A DNA stretch of 63,739 bases, counting the filler, from Phoronis australis (Eukaryota > Animalia > Phoronida): assembly GCA_002633005.1 (NCBI GenBank). It is 11 parts of 11 records of this genome, joined end to end, with 100 filler letters (N's around TTAATTAATTAA, not from the genome) between each part and the next. Parts side by side here need not be neighbours in the genome. Positions count along the whole stretch, not along the records: positions 32,525 to 35,871 come from NMRA01003077.1; positions 35,972 to 46,545 come from NMRA01001355.1; 9 more parts are not named here. One strand, written 5' to 3'. The position numbers and the translations under genes were made by a program. Every line of letters begins with the position of its first letter. Positions within the stretch are counted from its first letter, which is position 1. Positions 33,601-45,409 of this stretch are shown in pieces. The notes below the pieces were generated by a model. That model made no database searches. It saw only the letters and a list, made by a program, of their open reading frames with translations, and was not told the DNA's origin.

Positions 33601-34933
33601 AGGCGAAGGCAACCTTTTTTTCATGTCACTTTTAGAAAAAATATGGTTCGTTGATTATCCCAGACACATTTTTCACTTAATTACAGCTTTTCGTAATTTG
33701 ATTAATTTCTCGTCCTCTACTCCGGAAGTGACGTTTTGGGAGGCAAGAGTTTCGCGCCAATTTCTTTTCATTATAGTCTGACTATGAGAGGTGTCGAGTC
33801 AGTCATTGTTCAACCTCGGTTGTGATAAGTTTGGTCGTCGTTTGCTTTTTTGTTTACAAGTCAGTCAACATGCCACGCTGTTGCTGCATGCTGGGATGCA
33901 TTCATTATCGTCTCACACGCGCTTTGGGTATCTTGCGTCGCTTTCCGAATGCTGACACTTCGCCGTACTTGGCTAGCTCGTTCATGTGAAGAACGCAGCG
34001 CTACCCGTCCACGCAACGTACAAAGCAGAGGAGGGTTACCTAGGATGGCAAACATTTTATGCCGTCAGATTATGACATAGATATGTACGCTGAATTGATG
34101 AAGGTCCCTGCGAAACAACGCCTGAAGAAGGGTACCATACCGTCGCTGTTGATTCCCGGCAGTGCCCCGTCGCCAACCCCGAGAAGTGCATTTTTGAAGC
34201 GAGAAGCCTCGCGAGCTGTGGCCACTATATACAGTGACTGGAGGCACTTCATCTACTGTCACCCGTGCCTCCGAACGTACCCCATTGCGTGCAATTCCGG
34301 GACCTAGCAGTGATTCGCCCTGTGCTGTTGTCTCTAGCCCAGAGCCTGTAAGCCGCCCTGCAGCGATGTTGAGTAGTGGGAATGAATACGGGCCCAGTTC
34401 GACACCCAGTGAAGAGGACAGTTCGTCATCCAATGAACAGATTGGTGAGCCTAAGTTTGATAAGTTTATTGTGGACTTGTTTTGGAGCTATTTAGAAGGT
34501 GCCAGGTGTGTGGCGAGGGAGTCACATGGCGGGATGTAAGCAGTTTGGGTACTCAAATCACCCTCCAGTTGGAGCCTTGTCGCGGGACACTCGGGCAAGT
34601 GGGACAGTTCTTCCTCTGTACGTGAGACGATAATGAATACACCCCAGTACGCAGCAACAGCGTGGCATGTTGAGCGACTCGTAAGCATAAGCAAACGACG
34701 ACCGAACTTATCACAACCGAGGTAGAACAATGACTGACTCGACTGCTCTCACAGTCAGACTAAATGAAAAGAAATTGGCGTGAAATTCTTGCCTCCCAAA
34801 ACGTCACTTCTGGAGTAGACGATGAGTAATTAATTAAATTACGAAAAGCAGTAAATAAGTGAAAAATATGTCTGGGATAATCAACGAACCTTATTTTTGC
34901 TAAAAATGACATGAAAAAAGGTTGCCTTCGCCT
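33601..34933 (+). mobile_element. Non-autonomous Kolobok-type element with ~320-bp imperfect TIRs and THAP/transposase remnant
   Basis: AGGCGAAGGCAACC...GGTTGCCTTCGCCT, with TTAA on both sides (33597-33600, 34934-34937). Internal 'AELM...RLKKGTIPSL' (THAP tail) and 'EPKFDKFIV..ELFRRC..C' (Kolobok transposase N-region). Confidence 0.85.
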
Positions 34934-36717
34934 TTAAAGATGCTATGTCTCATTAACAGTGTTTCCCCTGGGTTTGAAAGGAGCATGGTGGTGAATGGCC
35001 AAAATGGGGTGCAAATCCCATTGCCGCATGTGAATATGAGAAGTGGGATCCCCTATTGCCTGGGTTTCGAAAGGAACGTGGTGGTGAATGCTCGACGGGG
35101 ATGCCGAACCCGGGTGGGGTTGGGAGATCTTCCACAGGCAAAATTTGAAAATTAGATGTACCGGTAATTGGGTGCAGTTTGCTCTTCATAGATGTGACCT
35201 TAACCCGAGCATCTTGTAGTGAAAGTAGCTGGGTAAAGGACACTACGCAAGACAAATTGGCAATGAAGTGTCTGGCATAGTGTGATCTCTGTAGCACTAG
35301 ACTCTAATCTAGAGTACGTAAAAACAGTGTTAAAATTCAATTATCCACAAAGTGACAAACATAGAACAAAAAATATTTGAACTTTGTAGACGTAATAAAC
35401 TAATTCGTGTAATGAAACTTCTGTTGATATCGTCTTGCTAAATATAATCAGTGATAGTGGATTGGCATTGGCCGGCATAGCAGACGATATATAATGCAGA
35501 CGAATCTGAGACTGGTTAACATTCAATATTGTCATTTTGGCGCAGGGCAATGGTTGATTTAACAGTTGGATGTCACGCCCTGCAGTATAATTCAAAATGT
35601 CTTGTGTAAACTCGGACACGATGAAATAAATGAAGCAGAAATCTTATTGTTTCTTACTTCATTAGCGAGCCTTGGCGCTTTCCCATTATAGAAAATTTGT
35701 ATCGAGGTCGTTGCCTGGTCCCTGGCAGCTGTAAGTTTATATGCATTTTCAGATAACCAGGCAGAAACGAGGTACGAAAGGGGATTAGGGATTGAATGTT
35801 TGTGTTTAACGGGGGCGCAATTCAAGATCCCATCGTAAAATTATTGCTTTTCCCTTTCGATCCACAAACGTNNNNNNNNNNNNNNNNNNNNNNNNNNNNN
35901 NNNNNNNNNNNNNNNTTAATTAATTAANNNNNNNNNNNNNNNNNNNNNNNNNNNNNNNNNNNNNNNNNNNNGCACTCGAGGGTTCAAATTGGAAGCTCGC
36001 GCCGTATGACGTCGTATGACGTAGACGATGCGAGCCTCATTTGCATATATTAGTGACATCTGTTGGTTCAAAAAAGAGGATCGTGCCCGAGTACATGCCT
36101 GGGAAGAGGCATCTTTTGGAAGGGTAAAACAAGTCATGTTCAAAGCATCCCAGTGCCATTAATATGAAGTCTTTGGGGACAAAAGTGGTGTCATTTTATA
36201 GCTAAAGAGTTAAGCTTTCAAACACAATGCTTGGATTCCAGACTACTTTAACATTTACTTTTTAAATCACCTTTGAAAATACGTTAAAATGCGCTAAAAC
36301 AGTTGTCCCTTCCTGGTTATCTCTTCCTGCTTATACCGAAGTGTGTGTTGAAGAGGCCAAGGCCAGCTTTCTAAAACGTAATATGTGGAATCCTTCTGGT
36401 TAACGATTCAGAATCGCCCATCTGTTAACTCCCAGACAATTGTGTACACCTGAAAGATGCGCCGCAGAAGAAGATGGTGAGCTGTTCATAGTGCACAATA
36501 CCCACGACCTCCTCCTGTTAATGTGGATTCCACAGACAGCCTCCATCTCTAGCATCGATCTTCCCAAACCAAAAGCGTATGGTACGTAAAGCCATCGCCA
36601 AAATTCACCCAGAAACTTGATTGTGTTTTACATGTACTGTTACATGACTGCACGGAAGCAACTAGGTACATGTACATGTATTTAATGTAAAAAACACAAG
36701 CACGTGTTTCACATTAC

Positions 36718-36983
36718 CAATCAAAGGAACTGCAGCTGAATTTGGAGGCATCGTCTCCGCCACTAGCAGCAGGAACACCGTCAATGAGAGCATGCACGTG
36801 ACTAGCAGCGATACTTTCTCTCCTGAGTCTGGTGGAAGGAGAAACCCCATGGCGGTAGTAGCGATGATTACAACACACGGCAGCAGTAAGTTGAATATAT
36901 AGAACAGCGGACGTCTCCGCATGATAATCGAGAAGGTCAATGTTGCGTATGGCTCAGGGCAACAACCATAGAATTCCACTTTT
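36718..36983 (-). CDS. Nicotinic acetylcholine receptor alpha subunit, exon with loop C, TM1 and TM2
   Basis: AG/GT bounded, 266 bp, in frame with the upstream exon: [36 protein letters not shown]...[11 protein letters not shown]...PLI. Vicinal Cys pair marks an alpha subunit. Confidence 0.95.
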
Positions 36984-37309
36984 CTGAAAAAAACAGGGTA
37001 CATACATCATTAGTTCACTCCGTGTATATCATGTCTTGTTTACCTACATGTACACGTAGAGCACAACTAAACGTTGATTGTTTTCAGAGGTAACATGTTT
37101 TCCGTTCTAGTGTCCTGAAATTGGCACACAGCACGTGACATTTTACTTGGATAAGGCACATATTGTCGCTGACGTGTCATTTAAAAGATATCTGTTTACT
37201 GAGTAAAGTCACAACTTCAACGTCCTTAGACGGATCTTTTTGAATCATTTGTGATTTTTTGACGTCTGTTTTCTTGTCGATTGGCCCCCTTATCGTGCAA
37301 ACTTGTCAT

Positions 37310-37705
37310 CGATATTTGACGATGATGATGTTGGTGTTTGTGTTGATGATGACAATGATGACGGTAATGATAATGATGATAGTGTCGTTTTCAAGGTCGT
37401 TTTGATGTCAGTGGCGTCCCTTGGCCTGGTCGGTGTCACGGCGTCTTGTGAAAAGATCGATAAGAGTGGCATTATCGGTTTTGGTGGAGGTATCGTTTTA
37501 CTGTCCTCGTCATTATTTGCGATTTTCACATCACTGTCGGTGCATCAGCGCCGTCAACAGTGTTGGTGGAGGCAACGTCAACTATACCAATACTGTTGTT
37601 ATAGTTTGGTGGCGGAATTGTTGGTGTTGTTGTCAGTTCCATCGGTGATGACGTGGTATGAGGTCGTCTTATGCATCGCCATTGGTTTCATGGTCGTTGT
37701 CGTCT
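37310..37705. repeat. Decayed trinucleotide (GAT/GTT/GGT-rich) low-complexity tract in nAChR intron
   Basis: Visible GATGATGAT/GTTGGTGTT periodicity. The ORFs across it are low-complexity. Confidence 0.6.
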
Positions 37706-37846
37706 GAGGTTTCAAGGCTTTCGTGATCAAACTCCACTTTTCAGTCGATTTTCCCAAGTGTCGCTCTGTCAGAGCGCATTGATTTGCATAGCTGACAAGT
37801 GCATGGGTACGTTTGTGCCCGGACACGGTGTTTAGTATACCAGACT

Positions 37847-38161
37847 CAGTGGCAGATCTAGGATACCATAAGGGAGGGGGCCCAACATGTTGCCTCGGGG
37901 AATTGGGCAAAGCGTGAGTGAGTGTATGTGCACAGGCGCCCGAAAGATGCGGGGCCGGGGATGTGAACCTTGTGTCCAAAAATCTATCGGTGGACTAATA
38001 AAGGGGAACACGATGCCTCCGCGATCTGGGAGTCTCAGCACCTCTCATCTGCTACAGGTCCTGGTTATTAAACTCAATATTTCCTCACGCTTCACGCTGT
38101 TGCTGTTTCATTTTGCTTGCGGCAGCGAAGATGGCCCTGGGCCCCCCTAAATCCGCCTATG
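37847..38161. mobile_element. MITE, CAGTGGC family, in nAChR intron
   Basis: CAGTGGCAGATCTAGGAT...CCTAAATCCGCCTATG; inverted homolog of 20549-20830. Confidence 0.6.
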
Positions 38162-38298
38162 AAACTTCAGTAATTGTTAGGATAGCAGTGCAGTCTAATT
38201 TAACTGTTTTTGTAGATCGATTCGTGTATGTTTAAGTATGATTATGGACCAACTCTATTAGAATTCTTCGATTTTGTACTGCTGACGTTGCCCCTCAC

Positions 38299-38571
38299 CT
38301 CTCTACAGGCATGCCATGAACGGACCACTCTCCGTTATTTTTGAAAGAGCTAACGTCTCCCGACGTCGACCGATTTTGGATGTCTAACTGGAATCCATGC
38401 TGCGTCCACGAACCCACTGTAAGGTGGCAGATTTGTTGGTCGTAGGGGAATTCGTCTATGTTCAGATTACAAGCACTAGTTAAGGGTACAGGCGCCAGCC
38501 ATACCATGGATCCGTCAGGATATACCGAGACGCTATAGCCAAGCATTGGGGTCATTCCGATTTGTCCAACG
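38299..38571 (-). CDS. nAChR alpha subunit exon containing the Cys-loop
   Basis: 273 bp, AG/GT bounded: ...VYPDGSMVWLAP...SACNLNIDEFPYDQQICHLTVGSWT...NGEW. Confidence 0.95.
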
Positions 38572-39149
38572 CTGAAGTAAATAAATAAAAGGCATTGCAG
38601 TTTTTTGAAAGCATTATCAAACAAATTGATATTGCGAAACTACAAAATATCGATAACTTTCCATGGCAAATCGGCTGGCTAATAAGCAGTGTTGAAGTCC
38701 TACACAGACAGCTAGCTAGATGTTTTTGACTCAAAATCAAAATACTTTTACAGATTTGTACCAAATCTTCGTCTATTTTCTAATAGTGTACGAAGAGGCT
38801 AGTCGTGCGCGTGGAAGTATTTTTAGTGTGTGGTCTAGCATGCGACGTCTGTACAAATAGTCACTACAGGAGCTACGGAATACTTAAATAAATAAAACTA
38901 AAATAAAAAGCTGTTGATATGGGGCACAGACCCCAAGCAGTGACGTTTGGTTTGACTTCCTGCAGGGAGGCTGTTTCACATGACATAACATGATTTCTTG
39001 ACCTTTGCACAGTGTACTCGGCACGTAAATCAAACCAAAGTCTTCGAAGTTAGAGACGACTTTTCGTTACCACACAATCGACCACAAACGTTATTAAAAA
39101 TCTCAAACACAATCTGACGCCTAATTATTCACAAATTAAAATAACTTAC

Positions 39150-39259
39150 TCATTATAAAGAGTGATGTCAGGTATCCACACCTTCTTGGGCGACATAATT
39201 AAGGACGTAACTCCATCAAATACTGCAGGGTCCCAATGTAAGTATTCGTCCGTCCAATA
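39150..39259 (-). CDS. nAChR alpha subunit exon (110 bp, loop A)
   Basis: YWTDEYLHWDPAVFDGVTSLIMSPKKVWIPDITLYN, with TTTCAG acceptor and GTAAGT donor. 110 bp is the conserved nAChR exon size. Confidence 0.95.
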
Positions 39260-39879
39260 CTGAAACACTCACATTTTGGTAATGGCAATTATCCAAAGCT
39301 ACATTTTCAAAAGGCAAATCTTCACTTTTTTAAAATAGTATCCTGATTTAGCGACATTACCCGAAGATGGTTTTGTCACCTGCGGTTTCATCCTAGCGCT
39401 TCACTTGAGAGCTAAAAGAATATTCGCTGAACTACTGTACTTGAACAATTAATATCACAGAAAGGTGTGTGGTACATGTATATCCTGACTCACCAATAAC
39501 TTTACTCGCACTTATCGAATCAGAAGATTTGGCAAACTGTTTAAACATTCTCTTAACGTTTCAACGAGGGGTACAAATCATTACACTGTTTCGAATATGA
39601 TCAGTCGTCGTAATTCCTATTCTAAAACTTATGAGATCAAACAAGGTTTAGTATGCTTTTTGTTTTCTAGTACGAACAATTCTAGTCCTTTAAAGTGGCA
39701 TAAAATGCAAACAAAACTGAATTGCATGATTCAAAATCAAAATCATTCTCTGTCACTGAAACAGAGGTCAAACTGTTCACCCGGTGTTTTTACGGTTTCT
39801 CGTAAAGATTTTGAATCTCTGTTGATGTCAAAGCATTTTTCCTTTAGTTTCAAAACACGACCTGCCAGCTGCTCGTCAC

Positions 39880-40743
39880 CTCTTCGTCGTCCAGTGAACA
39901 TATCGGTGAGCCAAACTTTGATAAGTTTATTGTGGACTTGTCTAAAGTGTTGGAGCTATTTAGAAGGTGCGAGGTGTGAAGCGAGGGAGTCACACGACAC
40001 GATGTAAGCAGTTTGGGTGCTCAGGTTACCATCCAGTGGAAGTGTGTCGCGGGACTCTCTGGCAAGTGGGACAGTTGTCCCGTGGTATGCCGGAGGTCCA
40101 CTTAACCGTGTCCAGTAGTGGCTTGACCTCGTCGAACTCTGAACAGCACAAGCATTCCATTGGGGTAGGCATAACAACGCACACAGTGCATTTGCACCAA
40201 GATGTGTCACCACGTCTGTCCTCAGTAGCCGCCTCGTTTCTCGCAACAGCTGCCTGGGCCTGTGCGTACGCTGCCTCCTTAAACTCGGGCTCAAACATGT
40301 ACCCACCCACTGAATGTCCGTGAAAAAATTCCTCGTCACCACTGCTGTGAACAAGGTCTCCGTTACTCACACTACTGTCACTGTGATACGGGTCACCGAC
40401 TCCAGCCATTTTCAGCTTACAACACACTAAACAATCCCTAATTCCAACGTAGTTGAGTTCTCTACTAACCTATCTTGCCGCAGAATACTCGCCGATGGAA
40501 AGTGATGGCGACAATTGTTCAAAAACAGCACAAAACAAAAGTAGAATAGAACAGATTCGCACGGTAAACTCAACGCAAAACCAAGTGGCGGGAAACGCTT
40601 GCCTCCTAAAACGTCACTTCCTGAGTAGCGGTCGAGTAATTAATAAAATTACGAAAAGCTGTAACTAAGTGGAAAATATGTCTAGGATAACCAACCAACC
40701 TTAGTTTAGCTCAAAATGACATGCAAAAAGGTTGCCTTCGCCT
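39880..40743. mobile_element. Truncated/internally deleted Kolobok element in nAChR intron (transposase fragment on +, KolX fragment on -)
   Basis: Right terminus GGTTGCCTTCGCCT+TTAA is identical to the end at 34933. 39905-40080 matches the transposase remnant at 34445-34610. Left end not found. Confidence 0.75.
40095..40409 (-). pseudogene. KolX / P2X7 cytoplasmic-ballast-like Cys-rich protein, N-terminal part
   Basis: MAGVG...GGYMFEPE...RRGDTSWCKCTVCVVMPTPMECLCCSE, matching the YxFEP..WCxCxxC..M....ExxCCxE signature. Confidence 0.75.
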
Positions 40744-41557
40744 TTAATAAAATTACAGGTAGCGTGCAGCTGTAGTATTCAACTATATTCTAAAATGCAC
40801 TTCTATGAGAGCACAGTCACGCGCATATATATTATTAGGGACGGAGAATTTGAAAAGTGGGTTGGGATGAAATAGTTCATAGCTCGTTTGTGTTTCAAAA
40901 ATAGTTAATCTGACGTATTTTCTATAAATTCCTGTAATATTCAAAGTGAACAACTCTCACGTTAACATGGCTAAGAGCTGGATTCATCACGATCTCTTTG
41001 GAGGGCATTTTTATGAGTTCGTGTTCCAGACTTGTTTAAAAGCCCAAAAAACTTATTACAACCGGTGCACCCATCGATGTCAAGACCACTAGAGAACCAT
41101 TGGCACGTAATGTCTATAACGTGACTGATTTGCTTACTCAGCAATAATTATCGTTAAGTGGCTGGAACCAATTTTCACATTGGGAAAGAACTAATGGAAC
41201 AGTCTTATTCAAATTCAACTTTCGCACAAGGCTTAAATAGTCATGGAAACCTAAAATATAATTAGAAACAAAAGCACTTTAGTGGTAAATTTATACTGTG
41301 CAAAGGTAACATGATTGAACAAAAACCAAAATTACGAGAACAGCAAGAAAACGAACACTGACAGAAATGTTAACCGAAGTGCATAGTATTGTTTGGTTTT
41401 CTGTAGATTTCCATAGTTTCTGTCATGGAGACCAACCAACAATGAAGATAAAGTGGCATTTTATTTGCATAGATAACGGCACCTAATTGTCCATTGAAGT
41501 GAATAGCACTTCCAACAAATAAATTTGTATGGTGGCCACGCAGTATCGTATACTTAC

Positions 41558-41602
41558 CAGCCTCATCCACACCATAGATTTTAATATTTGATTCTTCTCA
41601 TC
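41558..41602 (-). CDS. nAChR alpha subunit 45-bp exon
   Basis: TTTTGTAG|DEKNQILKSMVWMRL|GTAAGT, the canonical 45-bp DEKNQ exon. Confidence 0.93.
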
Positions 41603-44600
41603 CTACAAAAACCAAAGTATTCTAACATAGTCCCAACTGGTTTGCTGTATTTGTTTTATAACAAACTAAAACCTATTGCTAAGGATTCCAAACCAAGATT
41701 CATTACCTAAATGTGAATAGCGCAACCAAGATTCATTACCTAATGTGAATAACGCACTTTCGATTGAAAGACGAACCGTCTGATTGGAAAGATTGTCTCA
41801 AACCCAAACGACGAATTTGGGAAGGACGAGAATGTGAAACAAGCGTCATTCTTTCACTTACAAGTCATTGAAACGTGCAATTAATATTGCCGTTAGCGTC
41901 GTTTATCATCGGTATGCAAATCGCGTTCACACTGGTGTCTGCACCAGATTGTTTCTAAGCAGGAAAGCTTCACCTTCGTCAGCTCTAAATAATTAGATAA
42001 AATTGATGATCTTGAATTAATCGAGCGTTACGAAGTGGGTTGTACTCAGAGGTTGCTTAGATTTTTACTGCATTAAACTGATTTAAACTACAGCGGTACT
42101 TTATTAATCAGGACAGTAGTATTGGGTATGCGACTACTTCCACTAATTGAACGCTGAAAGGTTTGCGTCAGCAGGCGAAGGGGGGCGAAACAAATATGAG
42201 GGCAAATTTTTGCGCGGACGACTCCAGTTTTGCCTCTACCACCACCCAGTTTCGCCCTGGGGTCGGCACCAGTTTTGCTCCCCTCCACCGACATTAATGC
42301 CAAGTCGACACCAGTTACAACCCTCCTCGTTGATCGTTATTAGCTGTCCCGTAAGAATGAAAACAGTGGGAAGTCATGCGAACAAATCAATTTTATCTTT
42401 GCCAAACTTTTTGCCACCGCAGGTTCAAAGTCAGTCTCTTCCTCAGTTATACACATCTCTTCAGCGCTCCTACCCTCTTGCCGTAGTTATGCCAACCTTT
42501 GCGGTTTGGGGAGAAATTCCGTGGAGGCAGCCAACAGAAGTTCGGATAGCCGTTCTTCAACAACGTTTTGCCAAAAAGAGACATTTTTTAAACTTGGCCC
42601 ATTACGCGGGTAGGTAACGAATCTTACGTTTAGGGGTCATCGTTTATGAACTTTATCAGGGCTGCTATAGGTGCTGCTTCCAAATCCCGTTTTAAAAATG
42701 CATACCTGAGTTTCTTGTGACAGTTAACTAAAATAGCAGCTATGGGTGCCGTAAACGGCCCCCTTCAAAAACTAGGATTTCCAAAAAGAACAAGAAAAGA
42801 GAGCTACAGGTGATGCCATTATCCCCGTGCCAGGGAGGGGTCCTAAAATGTCTTAAATTTAAAATATGTGTGCGACTAACAAGTTTTCTCGGACTTTTCG
42901 AAATACGCATGAATAAGGACACACGTGAACTTAGGTGACTCATATTGCAAAATTCGGACCCTTTAAGACAAACTTCCTGGCAAGGTAATTCAAAGTTTAA
43001 ATCCAAGGATGAGTTCCGGAGACTCTAGAATCTTGCGAATCAAGTTAGTTTGATCATGTGCGTCGTTGTAGGTCCTAAAGCATGGCAAAAACTCGCTAGG
43101 TTTTGCGTGATTTCACGTTTTCAAGAAGTTTATGGAAACGCACCATTAAGCAAATATTACGGTAACAGGAATTGCACGCAAGTGGACGAGAAAGCGCGCA
43201 CTGTTTACCCCAGACTATCCAGCGAAGTCCTCGGCACATCAAAGGCTTGATGGCGCCGTCATGGATTAAACTGAGATAGTCGCTATTCATGGGATTGGCT
43301 GATAGTAATTGGGGTCGTGATTGAAATCGAATTATTTTTCTGATTCTTCTAGTGGTTGAGTGTGATGCCCGTATCCACTCTCACCTCTGAATAATAATTG
43401 TCCAGTTCTTGCTCAAAGTTGTCCTCGTCTTCTGATCTGCTGTGATCCGCCATTGCAACTGATTATCAAGGAACAAAACGTCGTCAACCCATTACATCAT
43501 TTGGTGGGAAACTTGGAAACAATGAATTTTTTTTCAAAATTAAAAAAAAAACGCTTCTATTTGGCAATAAAATGCTTGTTTAGATTTTATGATATTCATC
43601 TCATAATAACTAACTCAAACCTCAAAATCTAAAGAAATGCATTGCGGGGAGAGCTGCACAACATCCTGGATCTGCGCCTGTTGGGAGATGCGTACACCCC
43701 TATCCTCCCCTTCATACTTGTATGTTCCTATTTAATGAGTATTGGTTGTCTCCGATTTCTTGTGTAGGGAGAGGGGCGCTGGCTCCAGCTGTGCCTATGA
43801 TGGGATTTTTAACTATCTGAATGTACATGTAAGGTGAAATCGGTTTACGCGGAATTGATATAATGCTCCGCAACACAAATTACAACGCAGAAATATGACT
43901 TTTCCTTCCCATATGTCACATTGGCTTCCTTTCCAAATGTCGTCCGTCCTTTGCTTTTTTCGGATATTTCCTTCCAATTCGAATGTCCGTTCTTCCCATT
44001 TCTAGGCCGTCCTTCCCATTGTTGAAGTCCTTCCCAACATCAATTCGGATTTCAAATTGGATGAAAGAAAATTCAAACGTACAGTAATACTAACGATTTT
44101 TTCGTCTGGTTGTATCATCATCATTTTATGCTCCTGCTCGAATGACAATGCCTCAAAAATGTACTGTAATACTAAAGAGATTTTCGACTGCATGAGTGCA
44201 AAAATAGTATTAATTGACGACCGACAACTCTGCAAATTCATCTTTGCAAGACATGCTGATACCAATAGATAAACACACAAAAATGGCAACTGGTAGTTTC
44301 ATTGCATCTACTTTTCACTGTCTCCAACAAGGCGCGCATGCTATTTAATAGATGCCGAGAAAGGAAAAAGTCTTATGGCGTTGCCAACTGCAACATTAAA
44401 ATATATAACGAGAGAAATGTAGTTCATAATTATGTGTAGATATTTAGGTTTAACGCAGTTTCACTTTTAAGCAACTGGGGATCAAGGTCATTTCCAATTC
44501 GAAGACTTTGCTATTATTTCATGATATTTCAGTACTAGTATGGCCGTACCAATTGCAAAAGTGACCTATCTCCGAAAAATGAAGTACGGTGTGATTTAGC

Positions 44601-44718
44601 ATAACTGCATGTAACTGATTTTTAGGGCACAATTCCGCGTTCGCACCAATGAGCTTGAAAAGCAAACAGCGTGAGTTTGTGACAAAACTAGACGTTTGCC
44701 CGGCAGTGTATGACTTAC

Positions 44719-44858
44719 CATATCGATGATCTGATGGATGGCCATGCCCACTTTCACCGTCACAGCCCTTGAAGAATTGAGCACAGGTCTAACTGCTGGA
44801 TCGTACGTTGCTGTTAAATTTCGAATCAAATTGTACTCCCCGCTCGAACAAAGGCTTA
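44719..44858 (-). CDS. nAChR alpha subunit 140-bp exon (start of mature extracellular domain)
   Basis: TTTTCCAG|.SLCSSGEYNLIRNLTATYDPAVRPVLNSSRAVTVKVGMAIHQIIDM|GTAAGT. Signal-peptide exon and TM3-TM4 exons not found on this contig. Confidence 0.92.
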
Positions 44859-45261
44859 CTGGAAAATGGATTCATGTCAATATTATTATGTGTTTGGACT
44901 AGTGCTGCACAGTTGACGTAGTATCAAAAGAAATTTTTAGTTTTCAAGAAGACTTGGGATCTTAGTAAAGCAATAATGCCACTAAATTATGGCAGAACTT
45001 GGACTCTCAACAAATAGGAATACAAAGGCAATCGCACTGTCAAAAGTTCTCAGGTCTTGGATTTTCACCGATTAAGTCATTTTGCACCGGAGGCTTTTGC
45101 AGAAATTACACGTTTGCATTAGTGGGTGTGCGCCGACATCGCGTGGTCCCATTGTATGCGACCGAGGAGTACATAAGGTTTAAAATTTGCCAGGTTTATA
45201 GCCCGTTAATAACTTTCAGAGTGCTTAATAATTTACAGTGCTACGTAAATCTGAACTAAGA

Positions 45262-45283
45262 ATTATTATTATTATAATTATCA

Positions 45284-45371
<88 letters not shown>

Positions 45372-45374
45372 TGC

Positions 45375-45408
<34 letters not shown>
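45262..45408. repeat. Compound microsatellite (ATT)n-(GTT)n
   Basis: Directly visible; gives poly-Ile/Val artefact ORFs. Confidence 0.95.

Positions 45409-45409
<1 letters not shown>

Noticed and set aside
36310-36620. Possible next nAChR exon (TM3) or LINE 3' zinc-knuckle remnant
   Set aside because: No TM3-like frame on the minus strand; the plus-strand LINE resemblance is too decayed to call.
37290-37707. Asp/Val-rich and Thr/Ser-rich ORFs resembling membrane or mucin proteins
   Set aside because: Decayed trinucleotide repeat inside the nAChR intron; no splice support or domain.
42147-43460. 156-aa ORF and a nearby acidic MADHSRSEDED start
   Set aside because: No domain motifs; intronic and probably unclassified repeat debris.
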